A model generated the notes under the pieces. It was not told the DNA's origin, ran no database searches, and saw only the letters and a list, made by a program, of their open reading frames with translations. A program made the position numbers and the translations under genes. DNA of 64,000 nt from a virus (taxonomy: Duplodnaviria; Caudoviricetes). Within the stretch, counting starts at the first letter, position 1, and each line of letters opens with the position of its first letter. Positions 58,080 to 64,000 of the stretch are shown here, one piece after another. Location: IMG/VR virus record IMGVR_UViG_3300009648_000003, positions 39,943-103,942 of that record. The stretch is one strand, 5' to 3'.

Positions 58080-58110
58080 TAGTATAGGTATAATGTGTTA
58101 CTCAAGTATC
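58080..58110 (-). promoter_or_regulatory. Putative late-class phage promoter (GATAC-N16-ACCTATACTA)
   Basis: Directly after a terminator and before the tail operon. Confidence 0.6.
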
Positions 58111-58120
58111 TTTAGTAAAT

Positions 58121-58146
58121 AAAAAAAGACTCGTCACGAGTCTTTT
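58121..58146 (-). terminator. Intrinsic terminator
   Basis: AAAAGACTCGT-G-ACGAGTCTTTT followed by a T-tract. Confidence 0.8.
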
Positions 58147-58556
58147 CTAAAAGAATATACTACATTTATAATTGAAATAACCCCCCAAAGGATAAGAATA
58201 ATTTTTATAAAATCCTTGTCTAAAAACCCTTTGGAATCTATATCTAATAATATGCCAAGTAAAATAATTGCTGCTATACCAACAGCCAAAAACCAACTAG
58301 TTGATACTGCTACTCCTTTTAATATCCGCCACAATAAATTATTGGAAGCATCTAATTTTATTGAAACATAGTCCCACAAACAAATAATAAAAATTGATAA
58401 AATCAAATCAAAAATTAGACCTACTAAAAATACTTCTAATTCATCAAGATACATAATTCCTGTCTTATTGTAATACCATGTATCAACAGCTACCATTATT
58501 AATAATAGAACAAAAAACATATAAAAAATTCTAACACCTTTACTCACACTCTCCAC
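58134..58556 (-). CDS. Four-TM membrane protein, moron-like
   Basis: Four hydrophobic segments; own extended -10 (TGGTATAAT, 58567-58575) and flanking terminators. Confidence 0.75.
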   Translation of the reverse strand: MESVSKGVRIFYMFFVLLLIMVAVDTWYYNKTGIMYLDELEVFLVGLIFDLILSIFIICLWDYVSIKLDASNNLLWRILKGVAVSTSWFLAVGIAAIILLGILLDIDSKGFLDKDFIKIILILWGVISIINVVYSFRKDS

Positions 58557-58580
58557 CCCTTGTATAATTATACCATAAAA

Positions 58581-58607
58581 TTAAGCCTGTAATAATTACA
58601 GGCTTAA
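58581..58607 (-). terminator. Terminator after tape measure gene
   Basis: TTAAGCCTGTAAT-N-ATTACAGGCTTAA. Confidence 0.7.
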
Positions 58608-61600
58608 TAATTATTCCAACTATAATAATTGCTACCCATACCTGATTTAACATCATTGGCAAATTGTCTAACAAAATTTTTCTGTGCTTGAGCTACCGCA
58701 CTGCTGACTGCTTTACTTAATCTCTCTAAATCTGCATCTGATCCTGACATTTTATCTATATTAACATTTACTATCGCATCCCCCGCCCTCACAGTCATAT
58801 TTTTGTGAGTGTTACTCCTTGTCATAGCCTCATAATAAGTTATAGGTTTTATATCAGAAGGAAGATTGAATGTAGATAAACCTTCACTCATCCTATCTTT
58901 TATATCAGCTAAAATTCGTTTTTTATCTGCCTCCAACTGCTGTATTTGAATCAATATTTTTTCTCTTTGGTCAGGTTTATCAGCATATTGTTGCTTTAGA
59001 CCATCTAATTTATTCTGAATACTAGAAATTGCTCTAACCTGTTCCTCTGCCATTTTTTTCTCTATTTGTTTGATAGCTGAAGAATCCTTTTGTATACCAG
59101 ATAATATAGCATCGTATTTTTTAATATCATATTTAGTCTGAATAAGTGTAGATTGTCGACTATATCTTTCCATAATTTCATCAAATTCGGAAAAATCTGT
59201 TTCAAATTTTTGCAATTCTGCTTCAGCTATTCTGTTTTCTAAATCCAATATTTGCAGCTGCATTCCCGTGTGAGCCTCTGTACCAGGGACCAATCTAGGA
59301 AGATACTCCTTAAATTCATTAACTAACCTGGTCATTTCTGCTATGTTTCTATCTAGATGATTTTTCACCGCATCTCTCATCTCTTTAGAATTATTAGATA
59401 GCCCACCTATTAGTATTCGTACTTTTTCTTTTGTAAATAATGCATCACTCTCAGCTAAAGCCTTGTTTAATTCCTTCATTCTCTTGTCTAAAAACTCCAT
59501 TAAATCTTCCAGTGGCATTGTTTGAAAATAAGGGTCACCTATATCTCGCAACCGTCCTGTAGTTGGATCCAAAAATGGGTTTTTACTCAAATACCCCTGT
59601 TGTCTTTTATAATTAGCTTCAGCTCGTTTTAACAGAACATCATATTTTTCCTCTAGCTGTATTCGTAATTCATCCTTTGTTAAATCTGGGTACTTCCAAG
59701 CTTCCCTTCGTATATCCCAAGTTTCTTTAAACGATGGTGCAGTTCCACCCATCCATCTATTTAATTGATTTATTGCTCCTCCCCATACAGCACCAGTAAC
59801 ATTGACTATCTTCTTACCTAATTGTTTAATACCACTATCATCTGCCTCTATTTTCCAGCCAACTGCTTTATTTATATGCTTTTCTAACTTATCTGCTTCC
59901 ATTGATAGTCTTTCTGCTTCTGTCATACTCCTTTCTGTTAATCCGCCTAGTATAGAACCTAATGTGGATACTCCTGCATACATTAATAACATGTGGGGTA
60001 TTTTTGAAACTATTCCCTTAATACCTAGAGTTAAACCCTTACCAAATGCTTTCATTTTACCACCCGATTTGCCAGCTTTCCCCGCACCCTTACCAAGGAC
60101 AGATAATGCACCTAAACCTAGCAACCCTTTACCCGTAGCATCTGATTTTGGTTCAGTGCCTTCAACCTCACCCTCTCCACCGTCTGTTTTCTTCAACGAT
60201 GCACCTATTTTGAATTTTTGACCTTTTGTACCTGCTGCCTCTAATGCTGCTATATATTCATACAAACTTTTCTTACCTAAATTTATCTCATTATTTAAAT
60301 CCCTTATTATTTCCTTGAACCGACCAAAATCTCTATCAGCTATTCCTAGTTGCTGAGATACTTCTCTTAATGAATCCTCATACTCATCAACATCAAATTT
60401 TCCTTCCTTAAACAAAGAAGCTAATTGGTCTAAACCTCCTTCAAACTTATCTAAATCAATACCAAACGCAGGTAGTAAATCTCTATAAGAAGCTACGACT
60501 TCATTTACTGGTCTTGCCACTGTCTGAATTTCATGGTCACCACCCATGGTTCGACTACCAATCAAATTAGGTCTTGTAGCTTCAAATATAGCCCTCTCTA
60601 CTTCTAATTTCTCATTGTTTAAATCTATTAACTCCGAGTTTATTGCATTTAATTCCTTGTAAGTTTTATCGAAATTTTTTCGCATCTTTGCATACTCTTT
60701 ATCAAACTCCATGTGCTTGTTTATTTTGCTTAATACATCTATTGTTTCTTCAGAAAGTACCTCTCCTAGGGTATAAAATTTGTTTTCAAACTCGTCCCCT
60801 AAAATATTTTCTAAAATTTCGTAAGACTTTTCTCCTTTGGTATCTGTAAAATATTTAAACATCTCTTTCTGCTGAGATATTAACATATTTTCTATTTCAG
60901 CTTTTCTACGATGCAACTGTTCATACCATTGATCATCATATTCTAGGGTACTTCTTAAAGCTAATGGAGCCACCTTGCTATAAATCTCTGTATTTCTTAA
61001 ATAATTTGCAAAACTATCTTTTAGTTCCTCTACACTCCTTGCCCCCATACTACCCTGTAAAAACTCTCCTAATTGAACAACCTCTCTATGAGCATTAATT
61101 ACATCCTTATATTCAGTAGTTAATCTATCAACATTTTTTTCTAACTGATTATAGGTATTCCTAAGTTTTATTAATTGATCATCATACATATCACGTTGCA
61201 TTTCAGCTTTTCTTAATTCAATTCTATCCTCATCAGTTAATGTTCCTCTAGTTGTCATATCTTGTATAAATGAATGAAGTTGGTGTCTCTCCTCTTGCAA
61301 TCTTGTAATATCTTTATCCACTTCTGTCATTCTGATTGAGTATTCAACCAAAGGAGATTTTAATGTCTCTCTTCGTATACTTAGTGCTTTTTCTTTTGCC
61401 TGTAACTCCATATATTTATTTGCCATTTCTTTTTGCATATCAGTTAATTTAGTAGGTGCTTCCATACCTTTTTGAACTATTCTATTAATCACATCTTTTC
61501 CTAAATAAGAAATACCTAATTTCATAAAAATACCTATTACTTCTGATAATTTGTCACTATTTTCTTCAAATTTACGAAGTATTGCTGTAAAATAAGTCAT

Positions 61601-64000
61601 TGCAGAACTAGTCTCTTCCTTTAATTCTCTAAATATACTATAAACAGTAGATTGCCATTGAGCCTGCAACCCTTTCGCAGCAAACTGAGTTGTATCTTGA
61701 AGCCCAGCTAAATACATTCCTATATCCTCTTCTGTAACTTCCATAATATTTTCTATATATTTTTCAATTACTTCTTTTATATTAGCTGTATCTACCGTTA
61801 CATCTTCATCCAGTTCACCCATATCTTTTAATATTTCTATTGATCTTTCTAAATCTAATTTTAAATCTTCTACTAGTGCAGACACTGACTCCGCCCCACC
61901 AATGGTACGAATTGGAAATATTTCAGATAGTACAGACATAGCAGATGGGTCATCAACTTTAACAACTGTTTCTAGTATATTTGAAAACATAGTCAGAAAA
62001 TCTTTCTGAACTTTTTGACCTGTTTCGTCTACATAATAAGGGCTCAAGTTTTCAAATCCTTTTAACTGAGAAGCTTGCTCTAAAAATTTTCTACTGTCTT
62101 TTACATATGGTTTTTGTAATATATTTCTCCAAAATGTGCCTGCTTCTCTGCCTGATTTTCCTGTAGCTTGAACAAACATTGAAGATAATGCCATAGCAGT
62201 AGCAAAAGCTTCTTCATCCTCTAATCCCTTCAACCTACTCTTAAACATTGCAGCAGTATCTCTCTGTGCCATTAACAAATCAGTAACAGTAGTATTTGAA
62301 AGCATAGCTGTTTTTAATAACATATTGGTGTATTTATCCAATTCAGCTATGTCCACACCCCATTGAGCAGCCAATGCTTCCAAACCTGTAGCTGCAAAAT
62401 CTGTATCCAAATCTTCCTCAACCGCAGCAATTTTTGCAATTTCTCTTGTCTTTGTTAATGCCTCATATGGATCTCTTGATCTCCTTGAAGCTATACTATA
62501 GTACCTTCCAACATCTGCTATCTCTTGATAGTATGCTTTTGAAATGTTTAAAAGATACTCAGACATTTGGTTATTCATAATATTTCTTAAATTAGCAGCT
62601 TCTTTATTAACATCTTCTCTAAATTCTTTTGAACTAACATCCAGCCCCTCAGCTTTGTATCTATCATACACAATTCTTTGTGCTGTAGTTGTCATCTGAG
62701 GATCTTTTATTATAATATTCTGTCTTGCTTTTGCTAAATGATAATCAAGCTCAGAAGCAATTTTATTTGCTTCAGTTATAGCTTTAATTGGGAGTCTCAT
62801 CATATAACCTACTGCGAAATATTTAGCCATATTTTTAGTAACTCCCTCAAACAACCCCTCATATGGCTCAACAACATTTCTCAAAAAAATATCTTCTACA
62901 TCAAACCGTTCATAACCCCTCTTAAAAACATTAGAAGGACTAAAATAAGATTTTGTTATATCATCTAAATAATTAACTAAATGTGGGGTATCTGCATCAA
63001 AAGGTAATTCTGATGTTAATAAATTCTCAATTGGTGTCACAATTTTTTCTACTGGAAATCTATCAATATTTAGATCTACTACCTTCCCATCCACCACAAC
63101 TGAACTAGCTTTTGTAACTAAATCATTTATTTCTGGTATTTCTACAGAACTACTATCTATCTTTAACCCATCTGCAACTACATCCGCCCCACTCATAGAA
63201 GCATGCTCTATTTTTATATCCATACCTTTTAAAATATCTTTAGTCATCAAATCAGATTGTTTAGTACTTGCCCGAGCTCCTCCTGTTGCTTTTGATACTT
63301 CATTTATAAAAGCTTTAGTAGGTTTATATCCCATGCTTTTTGCTTCAATATTCATCTGTTTTATTTCCTCTGTTAAATACTTAAATTGATCTTTTACCAT
63401 TTTTTTAGCTCTAGTTATTACAGTATCCTGCAAAGCAATTAATCTATCATAAATATATTCCACTAAAGACTCATCAGGTTCAATAACAACCTGCTTTATA
63501 GAATCCTCATATGAAGAGAGCATTTGTTTGACACTTAATTGTATCACATCATCTATTGCTTTTGTTATCATTTCTACATTTTTTTGCATTAACACTCTCT
63601 GAGCATCATCACCCTTAATCTCAGGAAACTCTTTAACAAACTCCCTAACACTCATATCATGGGATTCTGCTAAAGCTCTTCTTATTTTTGGGTGCAATTT
63701 AGATGTTGAAATACTAAAATCCCCGACTCCAACTAACTTTACTGCATTTAAAAAATCATCTACCATTATAGAGAAAGAATCTGCAAACCCATTGGATAAC
63801 TTAGTGTATATTTTAGATAATTCTTCTTCAGAATACATACTACTTGATACTGATTCAGCAGCAATAATATAACCACCAATCATATTATCTACTATATCAC
63901 CTATACTATTTTTCAACTCAACTAAATGTTCACTATCTACATCAATTTCACTCACTAGTTGATTACCATAAGCTGTTATTTGCTTAGCTTTCTCATTAAC
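58604..64000 (-). CDS. Tail tape measure protein (5' end outside window)
   Basis: >1798 codons, helical, TP901-type core (..NTTV.DL..A......TG.SG.EAGT..R.I); frame is open up to base 64000. Confidence 0.88.
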   Translation of the reverse strand, partial: VNEKAKQITAYGNQLVSEIDVDSEHLVELKNSIGDIVDNMIGGYIIAAESVSSSMYSEEELSKIYTKLSNGFADSFSIMVDDFLNAVKLVGVGDFSISTSKLHPKIRRALAESHDMSVREFVKEFPEIKGDDAQRVLMQKNVEMITKAIDDVIQLSVKQMLSSYEDSIKQVVIEPDESLVEYIYDRLIALQDTVITRAKKMVKDQFKYLTEEIKQMNIEAKSMGYKPTKAFINEVSKATGGARASTKQSDLMTKDILKGMDIKIEHASMSGADVVADGLKIDSSSVEIPEINDLVTKASSVVVDGKVVDLNIDRFPVEKIVTPIENLLTSELPFDADTPHLVNYLDDITKSYFSPSNVFKRGYERFDVEDIFLRNVVEPYEGLFEGVTKNMAKYFAVGYMMRLPIKAITEANKIASELDYHLAKARQNIIIKDPQMTTTAQRIVYDRYKAEGLDVSSKEFREDVNKEAANLRNIMNNQMSEYLLNISKAYYQEIADVGRYYSIASRRSRDPYEALTKTREIAKIAAVEEDLDTDFAATGLEALAAQWGVDIAELDKYTNMLLKTAMLSNTTVTDLLMAQRDTAAMFKSRLKGLEDEEAFATAMALSSMFVQATGKSGREAGTFWRNILQKPYVKDSRKFLEQASQLKGFENLSPYYVDETGQKVQKDFLTMFSNILETVVKVDDPSAMSVLSEIFPIRTIGGAESVSALVEDLKLDLERSIEILKDMGELDEDVTVDTANIKEVIEKYIENIMEVTEEDIGMYLAGLQDTTQFAAKGLQAQWQSTVYSIFRELKEETSSAMTYFTAILRKFEENSDKLSEVIGIFMKLGISYLGKDVINRIVQKGMEAPTKLTDMQKEMANKYMELQAKEKALSIRRETLKSPLVEYSIRMTEVDKDITRLQEERHQLHSFIQDMTTRGTLTDEDRIELRKAEMQRDMYDDQLIKLRNTYNQLEKNVDRLTTEYKDVINAHREVVQLGEFLQGSMGARSVEELKDSFANYLRNTEIYSKVAPLALRSTLEYDDQWYEQLHRRKAEIENMLISQQKEMFKYFTDTKGEKSYEILENILGDEFENKFYTLGEVLSEETIDVLSKINKHMEFDKEYAKMRKNFDKTYKELNAINSELIDLNNEKLEVERAIFEATRPNLIGSRTMGGDHEIQTVARPVNEVVASYRDLLPAFGIDLDKFEGGLDQLASLFKEGKFDVDEYEDSLREVSQQLGIADRDFGRFKEIIRDLNNEINLGKKSLYEYIAALEAAGTKGQKFKIGASLKKTDGGEGEVEGTEPKSDATGKGLLGLGALSVLGKGAGKAGKSGGKMKAFGKGLTLGIKGIVSKIPHMLLMYAGVSTLGSILGGLTERSMTEAERLSMEADKLEKHINKAVGWKIEADDSGIKQLGKKIVNVTGAVWGGAINQLNRWMGGTAPSFKETWDIRREAWKYPDLTKDELRIQLEEKYDVLLKRAEANYKRQQGYLSKNPFLDPTTGRLRDIGDPYFQTMPLEDLMEFLDKRMKELNKALAESDALFTKEKVRILIGGLSNNSKEMRDAVKNHLDRNIAEMTRLVNEFKEYLPRLVPGTEAHTGMQLQILDLENRIAEAELQKFETDFSEFDEIMERYSRQSTLIQTKYDIKKYDAILSGIQKDSSAIKQIEKKMAEEQVRAISSIQNKLDGLKQQYADKPDQREKILIQIQQLEADKKRILADIKDRMSEGLSTFNLPSDIKPITYYEAMTRSNTHKNMTVRAGDAIVNVNIDKMSGSDADLERLSKAVSSAVAQAQKNFVRQFANDVKSGMGSNYYSWNNY

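Noticed and set aside
106-62968. Short plus-strand ORFs and nested alternate-frame ORFs in the track (other than the recombinase)
   Set aside because: They are shadows of long minus-strand genes, with Ser/Phe/Ile-rich antisense composition and no recognisable motifs.
1-64000. tRNA/rRNA genes and IS elements
   Set aside because: No cloverleaf or transposase recognised; intergenic gaps are short and mostly explained. A tRNAscan run would confirm.

Overview
This is an AT-rich segment of a large temperate-looking tailed phage (or phage-plasmid) whose host is probably a spore-forming Firmicute/Clostridia. Every convincing gene is on the minus strand except one XerC/D-like tyrosine recombinase. 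Read in transcription order (right to left), the window holds: tape measure protein; SLH-bearing tail proteins; a baseplate hub with M23 and GH73 domains; about 25 kb of extra virion/adhesin genes (MucBP-like, SPRY, GLUG, FN3, DNRLRE-like, with PhoH embedded); the recombinase; a replication module (DnaC-like loader, DnaB, primase, ECF-like sigma, SSB, PolA); recombination and nucleotide genes (Cas4-like nuclease, MTase, HD hydrolases, RecA, class II RNR, dUTPase, TMK); HU; a SigF/G-like sigma; and a holin-amidase-holin lysis cassette. The ORF track misses four things. (1) polA is split by a 461-nt group I intron (18986-19446) that carries a decayed endonuclease ORF; polA also has an intein, and nrdJ has an intein at its catalytic Cys. 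(2) A compact switch at 23187-23290 has two LexA-type boxes and three overlapping SigA-type promoters upstream of primase and the ECF-like sigma gene. (3) There are two recurring non-SigA promoter motifs, one found 4 times before replication/middle operons and one found 3 times before tail and lysis genes. Together these suggest an SOS -> ECF-like sigma -> SigF/G-like sigma cascade. (4) Two moron-like genes are present, one behind a consensus SigH promoter. All family calls come from motif recognition by eye; no database search was run.
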